A stretch of 64,000 nt of DNA from Gemmatimonadaceae bacterium (GTDB lineage Bacteria > Gemmatimonadota > Gemmatimonadetes > Gemmatimonadales > Gemmatimonadaceae), in NCBI GenBank assembly GCA_051859245.1, contig JBHYGA010000004.1, positions 832,001 through 896,000 of the forward strand, written 5' to 3'. Both the position numbers and the translations under genes were made by a program. A model generated the notes under the pieces. That model saw nothing but the letters and a program-made list of their open reading frames with translations. It ran no database searches and was not told the origin of the DNA. Shown one piece after another: positions 29,501 to 39,104 of this stretch (position 1 is the first letter of the stretch; the number at the start of each line of letters is the position of its first letter).

Positions 29501-30085
29501 GAATACGGCGGGCCATTTGGCGAAGGCTGGTTCTATCAGACCGAAGATCTGCTGAGCGACACCAAACTGCGTCGTTTCACACATCCTGTGGATTTTGACG
29601 GCAAAGTGCGGCGTCGCGGCACGGGCAACGCCCCTGGCCCGGCGGGCTTCGCTGTGAAAGAGGAATACGCCATGTGGCAGCACGCCGAAGATCTCGCCAA
29701 GACGGTCGCGGCAGGTGGCAAGATTGGCGTGGGCAGTCATGGCCAGCTGCAGGGGCTCGGCATGCACTGGGAACTGTGGTTGGTGCAGAGCGGCGGTATG
29801 CCGGAGCACGACGCGCTGAAGGCCGCCACGATTGTTGGTGCCGAAGCGATCGGTCTTGGTGCCAGCGTTGGCTCGCTGGAGCCCGGCAAGTTTGCGGACT
29901 TGCTCGTGCTTGATCGCGACCCGCTCACCAACATTCGCAATACGAATTCAATTCGTATGGTGATGGTGAACGGCCGGTTGTACGATGGCGATTCGCTCGA
30001 CGAGCTCTACCCGCGCAAGCGGTCACTTGTGCGCCAGCCGTGGGCGTACGAAGTACCGAAGGCCGCTGCCGGCATGCGGCAGTAG
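26552..30085 (+). CDS. Secreted amidohydrolase with N-terminal PD40/TolB-like beta-propeller repeats
   Basis: Signal peptide; repeated SPDG motifs; MPGLVDTHYH, GIEH, GSHGQLQG and GSLEPGKFADLLVLD. Confidence 0.9.
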   Translation: MTPSLIVPRGGFAALSVVALLGVSSLHAQAPAAKPVTLPLKAERSHTFTTTKGTWLSLDVSPDGTKIVFDLLGDLYTLPMAGGKATRITSGMAYDVQPRFSPDGSRIVFVSDRSGGDNVWHMKADGTDTVQLTTGNNNLYVSPEFTPDGKYIVASKSGGLGGVGKLWMYHVDGGSGLPVTTEPAAPPTLKMMGAAFGKDPRFMWFAARTGDWQYNALGPQYQLHVWDKETGRTSQMSTRFGSGFRPALSPDGTYLVYGTRFETKTGLRIRNLDTQAEEWLAFPVQRDDMESRAPLDAYPGYSFTPDSRAVVVSYGGEIWRVPVDKSAPVKIPFEAEVKLEMGPEVNFKYAIDTSATFTSRQIRDIAPSPDGKQLAFVSLDRVYVVDLPSGTPTRVSRDTVGEFNPSWSPDGQSIAYVTWHDATGGSIRKAARNARSNAWSVTTLTSGALFNDVAWSPKGDRIAAVRAAAREMQEAGGAFFGPAAAEFVWVPAAGGSVTRIMPTGGLGNPHFTKDAERIFAYGDGLQSFRWDGTDLKVHLRVTGPLPPGAGGAIGLDADLVARAAQQWIGGRGARPIDFEGTRSFGMFAPTHLDDNEPAPPRPRPAGLVMMAPDGDQALAMVGMDLYTVTVPVAGSTPPTVSVISPATAAVPVRKLNTVGGEFPAWSADGKKVMWSLGNAMWTYDLDRAKVVDDSLKVDARRVAMLRADSTKKDSIARSDSIAKADTTKKDKPGYKPEERRIAVTATRDQPRGVLVLRGAKTITMKGNEIINNADIVIRDRHIVAVGARGTVAIPDGAEIMDVSGKVIMPGLVDTHYHPQWLTPQIHNTQTWQYLATLAYGTTTTRDPQTATTDFLSYSDQVESGAMIGPRIYTTGPGVFSAEPVRDLDHAREIMSRYAKYYDTKTLKMYMSGNRQQRQWIIMAAKELGIMPTTEGGLDHKLNLTHGIDGYPGIEHTLPITPKFDDVYAWYTATKTVNSPTLVVEYGGPFGEGWFYQTEDLLSDTKLRRFTHPVDFDGKVRRRGTGNAPGPAGFAVKEEYAMWQHAEDLAKTVAAGGKIGVGSHGQLQGLGMHWELWLVQSGGMPEHDALKAATIVGAEAIGLGASVGSLEPGKFADLLVLDRDPLTNIRNTNSIRMVMVNGRLYDGDSLDELYPRKRSLVRQPWAYEVPKAAAGMRQ

Positions 30086-30098
30086 CGGCGGTGATCGG

Positions 30099-30335
30099 TT
30101 ATGTCGCTGCAGGTGGTTCGGAGTTCCGAATCGCCTGCAGCGCGCCCGACGGACACTGGCGCACCTGTTCGATGATGGCGTCGGCTGATGCGGCATCGGG
30201 ATCGATCCAGCGTTTGCGCGACACGTCAAACACGGCGGGCAGTCCACGAACGCACCGCGCCGAATGGGTGCACACCGTTGGATCAAAGGTGACGGTCACT
30301 CCCTCTGACGAATAACGCTGCAGTCGATCAGTCAC
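30099..30335 (-). CDS. Divergent 4Fe-4S mono-cluster protein (Fer4_19/YjdI-like)
   Basis: CTHSARC...CPSGAL; GTG start at 30335 with GGGAGG RBS. Confidence 0.85.
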   Translation of the reverse strand: MTDRLQRYSSEGVTVTFDPTVCTHSARCVRGLPAVFDVSRKRWIDPDAASADAIIEQVRQCPSGALQAIRNSEPPAAT

Positions 30336-30356
30336 GTCGCCTCCCAAATACACGTG

Positions 30357-30674
30357 TTAGCGTTGCACGAGCAGTTCGCGAATCTCTCTATTTCCCGGAC
30401 GTACCAGCCGGCCCAGCTCTTTCCCATCGCGCAGCAGCACGAACGTGGGCCACAGCTTCACGCCAAACGTTCGGCCCAGCGGCCGTCCGCTGCCATCTTC
30501 CACCTTGATGTGCGCGATCGGGTCTGTCGTGTCGAGCGCCGCAGCGAGGGCCGGTTGCACAGCCGCGCAAAACCCGCAGTCTGGCGCACCAAACTCCAGC
30601 AACGTCACGCCTGACGATGCATCGATCTCGGCGCGCGTTGGTTCCTGGGTCAGATACTCTTTGACGTAGTTCAT
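30357..30674 (-). CDS. Thioredoxin family protein
   Basis: CGFC motif and cis-Pro WPT; 105 aa. Confidence 0.87.
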   Translation of the reverse strand: MNYVKEYLTQEPTRAEIDASSGVTLLEFGAPDCGFCAAVQPALAAALDTTDPIAHIKVEDGSGRPLGRTFGVKLWPTFVLLRDGKELGRLVRPGNREIRELLVQR

Positions 30675-30724
30675 CTCTGGAATTTAACCCGGGGACAGCG
30701 GTGCGTCGGCCAATCGCGTCAGGT

Positions 30725-31951
30725 TTAGTACGCGAGAAAGTAGCGCTGCAACTCTCTGGGATCGCGGGTTTTTGTAAGCGCCAGCATGAGCAGAATCCGC
30801 GCCTTTTGCGGTGTAAGATGTTGCGACACGACGTTCGGCGGACCCGCTCGTTCGGCGCGCGCGGCAGCGGCTGCGGCAGCGGCAGCAGCCGATGTGTCGG
30901 CACGGGCGGTATCCGCCACCAGCGAATCCGGTGGCGGGGCGTTCGGACGCGGCGCGCCATTGACATTGTCTCCTGAGGGGAATGCTGTCACCACCACGAC
31001 GCCTTTCTGCCGCAGATTTCGAAATGGCACACCTTCGTCGGGCGCAAAGCCGGTGGTGGCCACCACGACACCCGCTGGCAGGGTGTCAAATCGTGGTCCC
31101 GTGCCGCCGGGATACGAGAACAGCAGTTCTACGCGTGGTAGCGAGTCCACATTGGTGATATCGAACTCGCTGCGTGCACCGTGGCGACGCGCCGGCGTGT
31201 AGAAAAACTCCGGACCATTCGAGGCGACCACACCGAGCATTCCCATTTCACCCACCGTGAACCCGCCGACGCGCTGATATTGCTTGCGCACCTCACGGGC
31301 GGAGAGAATGCGGTCATCCATCACCACCATCACGCCTTTTCCAACCGCGTCCGGAGCGGCGGCGGTGCGCACAGCGGCAAGCAGGTTGATCGGTCCATCG
31401 GGACTGATCCCCGTTGCAGGGCGCTGCGATCCAACCACGACCACCGGTTTATCCGAACGCACCGCGAGATACAGAAAAAACGCCGTCTCTTCCAGACGAT
31501 CGGTGCCGTGCGTAACGACCACGCCAGAGATGTCTGGGCGCTCGCGAAACACGGTTTCGATACGACGCGCGAGGGCCAGCCACTGCGTGGGCGTGATGCG
31601 AGTGCTGGCGACGTTGGAAAACTGCTCCGCTTCGACACGCGCGTGTCGTGTGAGCTCGGGCACCGATGCGATCACTTGTTCAGCGGTCAGCGTGCCCGCG
31701 CGATATCCGCCCATGGTGCCGGGTGCACTTTGTACGCCCGCGATGGTGCCGCCGGTTGCGATCACGAGGACAGTGGGCCGAACGACGGAATCCTGCGTTA
31801 CGACTGTGCTCGTCGGTTCGTTCGATCGCGCGCTGGTCTGTGCGCCGAGCGTCGCGTGTGAGCCGAGCGATGCGGTCAGCCCCGCGAACAGCCCCATGTA
31901 CAGCACGATTGCTCCATTCGTCCCACGCACGCAGCAACTCCACCGGTTCAA
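30725..31951 (-). CDS. Secreted L-asparaginase/glutaminase (type II-like)
   Basis: ATGGTIAG, HGTD, VGSQRPAT...DGPINL and LTPQKARILLMLAL; start uncertain (31897-31951). Confidence 0.87.
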   Translation of the reverse strand: MNRWSCCVRGTNGAIVLYMGLFAGLTASLGSHATLGAQTSARSNEPTSTVVTQDSVVRPTVLVIATGGTIAGVQSAPGTMGGYRAGTLTAEQVIASVPELTRHARVEAEQFSNVASTRITPTQWLALARRIETVFRERPDISGVVVTHGTDRLEETAFFLYLAVRSDKPVVVVGSQRPATGISPDGPINLLAAVRTAAAPDAVGKGVMVVMDDRILSAREVRKQYQRVGGFTVGEMGMLGVVASNGPEFFYTPARRHGARSEFDITNVDSLPRVELLFSYPGGTGPRFDTLPAGVVVATTGFAPDEGVPFRNLRQKGVVVVTAFPSGDNVNGAPRPNAPPPDSLVADTARADTSAAAAAAAAAARAERAGPPNVVSQHLTPQKARILLMLALTKTRDPRELQRYFLAY

Positions 31952-32081
31952 GGAAATGATTACCCGAGACGCTGCAACCTACTGCGAGCGACGCCAGCCC
32001 GTGATGGTGGACTGCGGTGTCCCCACGCTGCAGATTTTGCGGCCCCATCGACTCCCGCCATCACCTTGCCCGAGTGACAAC

Positions 32082-32462
32082 ATGGAAATGACCACCAATG
32101 CCATCAGCTGGTTTGAAATCCCGGTCAGTGATTTCGACCGCGCGAGGGAGTTCTACAGCAAGATTTTTGACTTTGACATGCCGGTCATGGACATGGGTCC
32201 GATTCGTATGGGATTCCTGTTGAGTGAAATGGGCGTGGGCGTAGGCGGGGCAATCACATACGGCGAGGGGTGCGTGCCGAGCACCACGGGCAGTCTGGTG
32301 TATCTCAACGGCGGCGCCGATCTCAGTGTGGTGCTCGGCCGTGTTGAAGGCGCCGGTGGTAGCATCATCGTGCCCAAAACTGACATCGGATCAGACTTCG
32401 GAAACTTCGCACTGTTCATCGACACAGAAGGCAATAAAGTCGGGCTGCATTCGATGGGCTGA
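32082..32462 (+). CDS. VOC/glyoxalase family protein
   Basis: WFEIPVSDFDRAREFY and FIDTEGNKVGL; start at ATG 32082 or 32088. Confidence 0.9.
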   Translation: MEMTTNAISWFEIPVSDFDRAREFYSKIFDFDMPVMDMGPIRMGFLLSEMGVGVGGAITYGEGCVPSTTGSLVYLNGGADLSVVLGRVEGAGGSIIVPKTDIGSDFGNFALFIDTEGNKVGLHSMG

Positions 32463-32465
32463 ACG

Positions 32466-32504
32466 AGTAAACGCCCGCCACGGATCACGTGGCGGGCGTT
32501 TACT
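32466..32504. terminator. Bidirectional intrinsic terminator
   Basis: Perfect 17-bp inverted repeat AGTAAACGCCCGCCACG / CGTGGCGGGCGTTTACT with a 5-nt loop, between convergent genes. Confidence 0.8.
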
Positions 32505-32552
32505 ATTTGTATCATGCGTGTCCGGACAGGTGCGTCGCAGTCCGGCGCTCGA

Positions 32553-33833
32553 CTATTTGAGCGCCGCACCCACCAGCTTGGCCACCGCACCAAGCGTCGT
32601 CTGTGCAGCGTTCAGACCGAGACGAAAATCCTTGTCGCTGTACGTGCTGAACAGATCCGTCGGCTGATGCCAGTGCGGACTCCATCCGCTGCCCGTTTGT
32701 GTGCCGCGCTCATTCTCGCGCAAACTGATTGACGCGATGATATCCTGGAATGGTCCGGAGTCGGTGTTGGTCATGTGCGGACCAACCTGCGCCGGATAAT
32801 CGGTTGCGTAACGCGCGTTGGCGGCATGGAACGCCCACGCCAGCGCTTGTGATTCGAGCGTTTTCTTCGAGTTCATCTGAAACTCGACATTCACATCTGC
32901 TTCGGGGCGCTGCTCCGGGTTCATCGTGCCGTCGGCGCGCGGCATGCCGTGGTCGTAGAGCATCATGTCATGCTGAATCATGCCGAGCCATTTCGGCTCC
33001 GGATACTTGCCAGAGCCAGCGGGTGATTCAATACCCTGCAATGCTTCGCGCTGCTGCACGTACGCGCGTGCACCATTCAATCCCGTTTCTTCGTTGTTAA
33101 AGAGAATGAAACGAATCGACCGTTCCGTCTGCACATCGGGGCTCGAGAAGATGCGCGCGAGCTCCATGACCAGTGCGGTACCGGAGCCGTCATCATTTGC
33201 CGCTTCGCCCCAGCCGATACCATCCATGTGTCCGCCGATGATGTACATCTCGTCAGGGCGCGTGGTCCCGATTTTTGTGCAGAACACTTGCTCACGCTCG
33301 CCAGGTGTTGAGGGCTGCGAGTTCAGCGCGCGCAACTTTTCGTCTGGCTGCGCCATCGAATCATTGTTCACGCCCGTTCGCGTGCGAATACCGCGTGCTC
33401 GGCCACCTCCGGAGGCAACCGGTGGACCCGCACGCCTCGCCGCTGCGGCACTACCCGCCACCGCTGGATTCGGGCGAGGCGCATCACCCGCGGCACCGGC
33501 GGGCGGTGCAGCCGGCGGACGCGCAAACTGCAAATGTTCGTAGGTGATCCGTTCGGTGTTCGTGCAGCCGTAGCTCTTGAGCTGTGCCTCGATCCAGTCA
33601 ATCGCCGCCTTATTGCGATCCGTGCCGGCACGCCGGTCACCAAACTGCGTGAGCCCCTTGATGGTCTCTTTGTAGCGATTCAGGTCCAACCGCGACACCA
33701 TGAGCGCCACTGGATCCGTACTGTCGATTGGTATCGGGCGTTCGGCGAGGACCTGTCGCTGCGCGCTTGCGCTTGATGGGAGCAGCAACAAACCGGCCGC
33801 CGTGGCGGACAGCAGAACGTGAGGACAGCGCAT
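32553..33833 (-). CDS. Secreted M28 family metallopeptidase
   Basis: Signal peptide; GGHMD, ANDDGSG, NNEE, QHDM and a C-terminal HWH; Pro/Ala-rich insertion. Confidence 0.85.
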   Translation of the reverse strand: MRCPHVLLSATAAGLLLLPSSASAQRQVLAERPIPIDSTDPVALMVSRLDLNRYKETIKGLTQFGDRRAGTDRNKAAIDWIEAQLKSYGCTNTERITYEHLQFARPPAAPPAGAAGDAPRPNPAVAGSAAAARRAGPPVASGGGRARGIRTRTGVNNDSMAQPDEKLRALNSQPSTPGEREQVFCTKIGTTRPDEMYIIGGHMDGIGWGEAANDDGSGTALVMELARIFSSPDVQTERSIRFILFNNEETGLNGARAYVQQREALQGIESPAGSGKYPEPKWLGMIQHDMMLYDHGMPRADGTMNPEQRPEADVNVEFQMNSKKTLESQALAWAFHAANARYATDYPAQVGPHMTNTDSGPFQDIIASISLRENERGTQTGSGWSPHWHQPTDLFSTYSDKDFRLGLNAAQTTLGAVAKLVGAALK

Positions 33834-34058
33834 GCGAGTGACCGGAGGAGGAGGGCAGGAACGCGTGAACCAAGGGTGCGGTGTGAAGCACCGTACTGGG
33901 GAGATTTACGTCGCGTGTACCGTCTTCGCTGTGCCGGACCGCGCACGGATTGACCCCTCGTTGGCCGACCGCCTTACGGGAGGCCTCCACGTATATTCCA
34001 CAATGGTTAGCCGCCGCAGGCACGCTGCGGCTCTTCTCGTCCTGCACTCCGACGCGTC

Positions 34059-34445
34059 ATGAACGCAGCCATTATCGCCGCGGCAACCGCTTCAGCGGCC
34101 GCAGCGAAAGCCAGACAAAACATTCTGGACAGTTTTCGGCTACGCGGTGCCACCGCACCGGATCGCGCCCGCACGCTGCGCGAACTGGGACTTGACCGCG
34201 ACATGCCGGCGCTCGACGCCCTGATGAAGCAGGGCATCGTGCGCGGTATTGACCATCGTGGCCGACCAGCGGTGCATGGCGAATCGCTGGGACGGTACGA
34301 CGGCTACTTCCTCGATGAATCCGCCTTTGTGGCGCATCGTGATGGGGCACGCGGGAGTTCACAGAAGCAAGCGACGGTCGTGCTGATCGTAATTGCGGGC
34401 GCGCTCCTCGCCGTCGCTGGTTTTTTGCTCGCGCTTCGCAGCTGA
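34059..34445 (+). CDS. Hypothetical small membrane protein
   Basis: 128 aa ORF with a C-terminal TM helix; fits the gene packing. Confidence 0.65.
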   Translation: MNAAIIAAATASAAAAKARQNILDSFRLRGATAPDRARTLRELGLDRDMPALDALMKQGIVRGIDHRGRPAVHGESLGRYDGYFLDESAFVAHRDGARGSSQKQATVVLIVIAGALLAVAGFLLALRS

Positions 34446-34466
34446 CACCGCATCGCTGCTGTTCCC

Positions 34467-34853
34467 GTGTCTGATACGGTGGCAAACATCCGCGCGCAAC
34501 GAGTCGCGTCGAATCAGGCGATCGCCGCGCGCGACGCCGAGCGCATCGCGGCCTTCATGCTCCCAGATGTTGTGGTTGAAGTAGCAGGAGGCGTTGTGCT
34601 CCGCGGACGAGACGCGTCGCGCGACGCGTTTGCGGAGCAACTCGCCGATCCGTGCATGCTCGGCTACGTGCGAACAACCGAGCATGTGGTTCCGGACAGC
34701 ACTGGGCAACGGGCCACTGAACGCGGACGCTGGACTGGTCGCTGGCGCATCAAGGAGCGCACACACGAGCAGAGCGGGCACTACAGCGCCGATTGGCGCC
34801 TCACCCCGATGGGTTGGTTCATCGCATCAGAGCGATTTGTGCTCGGCGACTGA
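34467..34853 (+). CDS. NTF2-like (DUF4440/SnoaL-type) protein
   Basis: SNQAIAARDA, YVRT, ERGRWTG and GHYSADWR pattern. Confidence 0.75.
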   Translation: MSDTVANIRAQRVASNQAIAARDAERIAAFMLPDVVVEVAGGVVLRGRDASRDAFAEQLADPCMLGYVRTTEHVVPDSTGQRATERGRWTGRWRIKERTHEQSGHYSADWRLTPMGWFIASERFVLGD

Positions 34854-34925
34854 ACGTCGCAGTCGCCGAGGTTGTGATGCGTTGCGTTGGTACTGCATCG
34901 CGCGGTAACGCGCGAGACCGTGCGG

Positions 34926-36626
34926 TTACGCACCACACCGCGCTGCGGGATCCTGCTGTTCGCGCGGTAGCACTTTCAATCGCTCCGGTCGATTGGCGGC
35001 GGTCAGTGCGACGTCATGTACGAATCGGGCCACTCGCGCACTGAGATCGTAGTTGATGTACTGCGGCTCGTCGGTGGCCTGGTGATAATCGCGCGAGTAT
35101 CCGGTGGAGAAATACGTGGTGGGAATTCCTTTGCGGATGTAGCTCACCTGGTCACTGCGGCAAAAGCGATTGAGCAAGTTCGTACGATCCCACGAATAGT
35201 CGATCGTCATGGCTTCTTCGCGTACGGCGTTCAGCGAATCGATCATGTCGCCAAACTCCACCGACACGCGGCGCGATCCCAGCATTTGCACCGTGCGCGG
35301 CCCACCGTAGCGCACATCGGTCACACGACCTTTGCCAAGCATATCCATGTTGTGCGCGGCAACCACGGAGTCGAGCGGAATCGTAGGATGTTCGGTCCAC
35401 CACGCCGAGCCGATCAAGCCTTTTTCTTCGCCGGCGTGTGAGTTGAACAGGATGGAACGTGCCGGACGAGCACCGGTGGCCATACGCTCGGCGATTTCCA
35501 GCATCACCACGGTACCGCTGCCATCGTCATCGGCACCGTTATTCACGGTGTCAGGACGCGGTGCGCGAATGGCGCGCGCCTTGGCAATCAACGCGTTGAT
35601 CTGTTCCCACTGCGCGGGCTTCACGGAATCCACCGCCACACGATCGTTGGCGCCTTGCGGACGCATCACGGTATTAAAGGCGCGGAGCGAATCGTGCTCG
35701 GGCGGATTCGTGCCGCGCACCATGCCCACGTGATCACTGTGCGCACCGATAATCACGTATTGGCCTTTGAGCTTTGCGTCAGCGCCAGGCAACACCGCGA
35801 GCACATTGCGCACCGGATATTCAGACGGTGTCATCTCGTACGTCCAGCTTCCCGAGACAGGCTGTCCTACATCGCCAACGGCAAGTTGCGCCACGGGTTT
35901 GCCAAAGATCTGTGCGGCGATCGCCTCGGAAATGTTTGCGCCGGGCGTGGTGCTTCGCACCGTGGGGCGGACGGCCACACGTTCGCGAAATGGCACCTCG
36001 GTAATGGTGGACGCAACAATGAACACACCCGCGGCACCGGCACGTTGCGCAGCCGTGGTGTTGCCAATCACGGTGCCCGCGCGGCCAGGTGTTGCCGGCG
36101 CCGACATGAACACCACGATTTTTCCTCGCACGGCCGCTTCGTTCAGTACCACTGTGGTGTCGCCGTATCGTCCACCGAACACGGTCCCGGTCGCATTGAG
36201 TGCAGCGACGCCCGCAATCTGCGTGTTCGCATTCGGCGCGAGGGGTGCCCAATCGGTGCCGGGAACGAGCGGTGACTGTCCAATGCTCAAACGGACTTTG
36301 TCTTTGTTGTAGGCCAGTCGCCCGTAATCGAGCGTCTGGAAATACGTGCCGTTCTCACCAGCGGGTATGAGCCCAAGGCGCTTGAACTCGGCCGCGATAT
36401 AGTCTGTGGCTTTGATGTTGCCGTACGTGCCCGCTTCACGACCCTGCATGGAATCGTCGGCGTACTGATAGAGCCGCGTCCTCAAGTCGTTGGCCGTAAT
36501 CGCGGCCTCGGTGCGACGCGGTTTCCAGGTACGAGGGCCTTCATCCGGCCACACGACTTGAGCAGAAGCGGGCAGGGCTGCGGCGACACTCAGCAGCGCG
36601 CAGACAATCGGGTAGGCGAAACGCAT
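34926..36626 (-). CDS. Secreted M28 family peptidase with PA domain
   Basis: DSMQGREAG, GAHSDH, NGADDDGSG, GEEKGL, NMDM, RSDQ and DYHQ; start at ATG 36626. Confidence 0.9.
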   Translation of the reverse strand: MRFAYPIVCALLSVAAALPASAQVVWPDEGPRTWKPRRTEAAITANDLRTRLYQYADDSMQGREAGTYGNIKATDYIAAEFKRLGLIPAGENGTYFQTLDYGRLAYNKDKVRLSIGQSPLVPGTDWAPLAPNANTQIAGVAALNATGTVFGGRYGDTTVVLNEAAVRGKIVVFMSAPATPGRAGTVIGNTTAAQRAGAAGVFIVASTITEVPFRERVAVRPTVRSTTPGANISEAIAAQIFGKPVAQLAVGDVGQPVSGSWTYEMTPSEYPVRNVLAVLPGADAKLKGQYVIIGAHSDHVGMVRGTNPPEHDSLRAFNTVMRPQGANDRVAVDSVKPAQWEQINALIAKARAIRAPRPDTVNNGADDDGSGTVVMLEIAERMATGARPARSILFNSHAGEEKGLIGSAWWTEHPTIPLDSVVAAHNMDMLGKGRVTDVRYGGPRTVQMLGSRRVSVEFGDMIDSLNAVREEAMTIDYSWDRTNLLNRFCRSDQVSYIRKGIPTTYFSTGYSRDYHQATDEPQYINYDLSARVARFVHDVALTAANRPERLKVLPREQQDPAARCGA

Positions 36627-36770
36627 GGCAGAATCGGGGAGGAGGGACAGAGCCAATCGTGCCCGCAATCTCGCACGATGGGCCGGTTGAGGAAACGGTC
36701 GGGCTGTGTGTGGCCTCCGTCGATCACAGGGCCCTCACGCGCGGTACGTCCCAGAGTGCAACTTGTGTAC

Positions 36771-38138
36771 ATGCAAACTTCCCGCCTGCTTTTTTCGCTC
36801 CTCGCCGCAACGGCCCGCCGGGTTGCCCGCGGTCTCTCGGTGAATGCCGCGCACGTCGCTACCGTTCTGTTCGCGTGCACGCTTGCCGCACAGCCGATTG
36901 CCGCGCAGCCGCTGTATCCCACGTCGTGGGACCCGAATCTCCTCGCGCGCGCCGACGTCAAGAATGCCGTGTCGTATCTGGAGAGCGGCCTGCCTTCACA
37001 AGTCGAAGAATGGATCCGCATTGCTCAGATGCCGGGCAAATCAGGTCACGAAGCGCAGCGCGGCGCGTACGTTCGCGCGGAGATGGAAAAGGCCGGACTG
37101 CGCGTGGCGACCGACTCGATGGGCAATGTGACTGGTGTGCGCAAAGGCACCGGCGGTGGACCAACAATCGTGTTTGCTGCACACCTCGATATCGTGCACG
37201 CGCTCGAAACAGATCTCACGGTAAAACGCGTTGGCGATACGCTGTACGCGCCGGGAATTTTTGATAACAGTGCGTCGGTTGCGAACATGCTGGCCACCAT
37301 TCGCGCGCTGAATGCAGCCAAGGTCTCAACAAAGGGTGACCTGGTGTTCGTAGCAACCGTGCAGGAAGAGCTGGGGCTGCGCGGCATGGAATACTGGCTG
37401 CAGAAAAATCCCAAGCCCGACATGCTGATCGCGATGGACGGCGGACTCGGGCCCATCAGCTACGGTGCGCTCGGCATTTACTGGACACGCTACGTGTACA
37501 CGTCACCAGGTGCGCACACGCTGAACTCGCGTGGTCGACCCACTCCCGTGAAGGCGCTCGCGAACGCGATTGATCGCATTTACGCGATTCAACCCGCCGC
37601 ACTGCCAGACGGCGCCGTGATCAACGTGGGACAGATTCACGGTGGCGTGATCTTTAACGGCATTCCACAGGAGCTCTACTTCACGATCGACCTGCGTTCA
37701 CCGAATCCCACACTGCTTGATTCACTCGACCGCGTGATCGGCCGCATTGCGCAGGAAGCGGCCGATGAAGAAAAGGTTGGTCTACGCGTTGAAGTCGAGC
37801 AGAAGAACGGCGCCGGTGGCACGGAAAAAATGCTCGAGGGAGCGCGTCAGCATCCGCTTGTGCAAACAGCCATCGACATTCAGAAGCATCTTGGGGTGCG
37901 CTTTGGCATGCCTGGCGCCTCGGAAGCACTGGCCAGCGGCAGCACGGACGCAAACGTTGGCGTAGTGCGCGGTATTCCCAGCATCAGCATTGGCCGTTCA
38001 TATGGCGGCAATCAGCATACGCTCACCGAGTGGGCGCATTGGCCAAGTGCACTCGACGGCACCAAGCTCACGTTGCTGCTCGCCGCCACATTTGGTGACG
38101 GGATTACCGCGGTGCCGCCGCGCCGGCTTGTGCCGTAA
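36771..38138 (+). CDS. Secreted M20/M25/M40 family metallo-hydrolase
   Basis: AHLD, GIFDN, QEE, MDG, STDAN and NQH metal ligands; dimerisation domain; start uncertain. Confidence 0.87.
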   Translation: MQTSRLLFSLLAATARRVARGLSVNAAHVATVLFACTLAAQPIAAQPLYPTSWDPNLLARADVKNAVSYLESGLPSQVEEWIRIAQMPGKSGHEAQRGAYVRAEMEKAGLRVATDSMGNVTGVRKGTGGGPTIVFAAHLDIVHALETDLTVKRVGDTLYAPGIFDNSASVANMLATIRALNAAKVSTKGDLVFVATVQEELGLRGMEYWLQKNPKPDMLIAMDGGLGPISYGALGIYWTRYVYTSPGAHTLNSRGRPTPVKALANAIDRIYAIQPAALPDGAVINVGQIHGGVIFNGIPQELYFTIDLRSPNPTLLDSLDRVIGRIAQEAADEEKVGLRVEVEQKNGAGGTEKMLEGARQHPLVQTAIDIQKHLGVRFGMPGASEALASGSTDANVGVVRGIPSISIGRSYGGNQHTLTEWAHWPSALDGTKLTLLLAATFGDGITAVPPRRLVP

Positions 38139-39033
38139 CTTCCGAAACACGCCGCTCAATCCAGCGCGCCAGGAGCGTGTGCGGAAGCAGCGGCGTGCCT
38201 TCGTACACGGCATTGAGTCCGGCCAGATCGGCGCGGAATTTTTCTTTGCTCACGCGACCTTTCGAAATCAGCACTGGCACGACGATCACCGGCTGCTTCG
38301 TCAACTCGCCCTGCAGGCCAATGAGTTCGCGCACACGCAGCACGGCTTCGGCGCGAACAGGCGCGGGCGCATCGTCGCGCACCATGTCAACGCGCACATC
38401 GCGAAAGCCCGTCTCCTTCTTCACCTGGTCGGCCACGACACGAAGGTGTCGCATCCACTCGGCGTAGTCTTCGGCTGAGTTGGGTCCGTGCGCCACCAGA
38501 AACAGCGCCTGCTCGCGCGGCTTTGTGGTAAGCGAGAGTGCACGTTCTGCCAGCACGGACGCGAGCTCTGGCGCGTCATCAAGTGCACGGGCGACACGAA
38601 GCGGCACGTTGGCTGTGGGACGCGCCAAGCCGCCCATGTGCAGATGATGGTGCATCATCTCGTCGAGCGAGTCCGTCAGCCCGGCCAGCCAGCGGAGCTG
38701 CTCATAATGGCCGCTGTGGCTGGAGACGAGCAGCGGCACGATCACCACCTCAGTGGCGCCCTGCGCGACCAGCTTCGCCACCTGGTCCTGAAACCGATGC
38801 GTCGCTGCCGCCGGGCCCATGAGATACGCCAGCTCAATCGGGCCACCCGTTTTGGCGGTGCGAGCAATCCGCTCGACTTCGGCGTTCCATTCCGGCTCGC
38901 CGCCGTGCGCGATCACGATGGTGCCGACTGACCGCGAGGACTGGGCCGCGAGCGAGTGAAGGGGCGTGAACGCTGCGGCGGCCGCGAGGGTCGTAGCGAC
39001 AATGGCGAGCGAGGTACGAATCGGGAGGCGCAT
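38104..39033 (-). CDS. Secreted CbiX/SirB-type chelatase-fold protein
   Basis: Two CbiX-like half domains (VIAHGG...VPLLVSSHSGH and LVAHGP...VPVLISKG), His-rich MHHHLHM, N-terminal Sec-type signal ending SLAAQ. Confidence 0.8.
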   Translation of the reverse strand: MRLPIRTSLAIVATTLAAAAAFTPLHSLAAQSSRSVGTIVIAHGGEPEWNAEVERIARTAKTGGPIELAYLMGPAAATHRFQDQVAKLVAQGATEVVIVPLLVSSHSGHYEQLRWLAGLTDSLDEMMHHHLHMGGLARPTANVPLRVARALDDAPELASVLAERALSLTTKPREQALFLVAHGPNSAEDYAEWMRHLRVVADQVKKETGFRDVRVDMVRDDAPAPVRAEAVLRVRELIGLQGELTKQPVIVVPVLISKGRVSKEKFRADLAGLNAVYEGTPLLPHTLLARWIERRVSEVTAQAGAAAPR

Positions 39034-39104
39034 GACAGGCAGAAAAGGGAGTAATTTACTCGGGATTAACCGCAAGCGATTGGGCGAACGCCCAGATTTT
39101 TTGA

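Noticed and set aside
31284..32081. N-terminal extension of the VOC ORF (likewise 11717-12121 for tesB and 59717-59914 for the crotonase)
   Set aside because: The extensions run antisense over other genes or across intergenic DNA; family motifs begin at the internal ATG.
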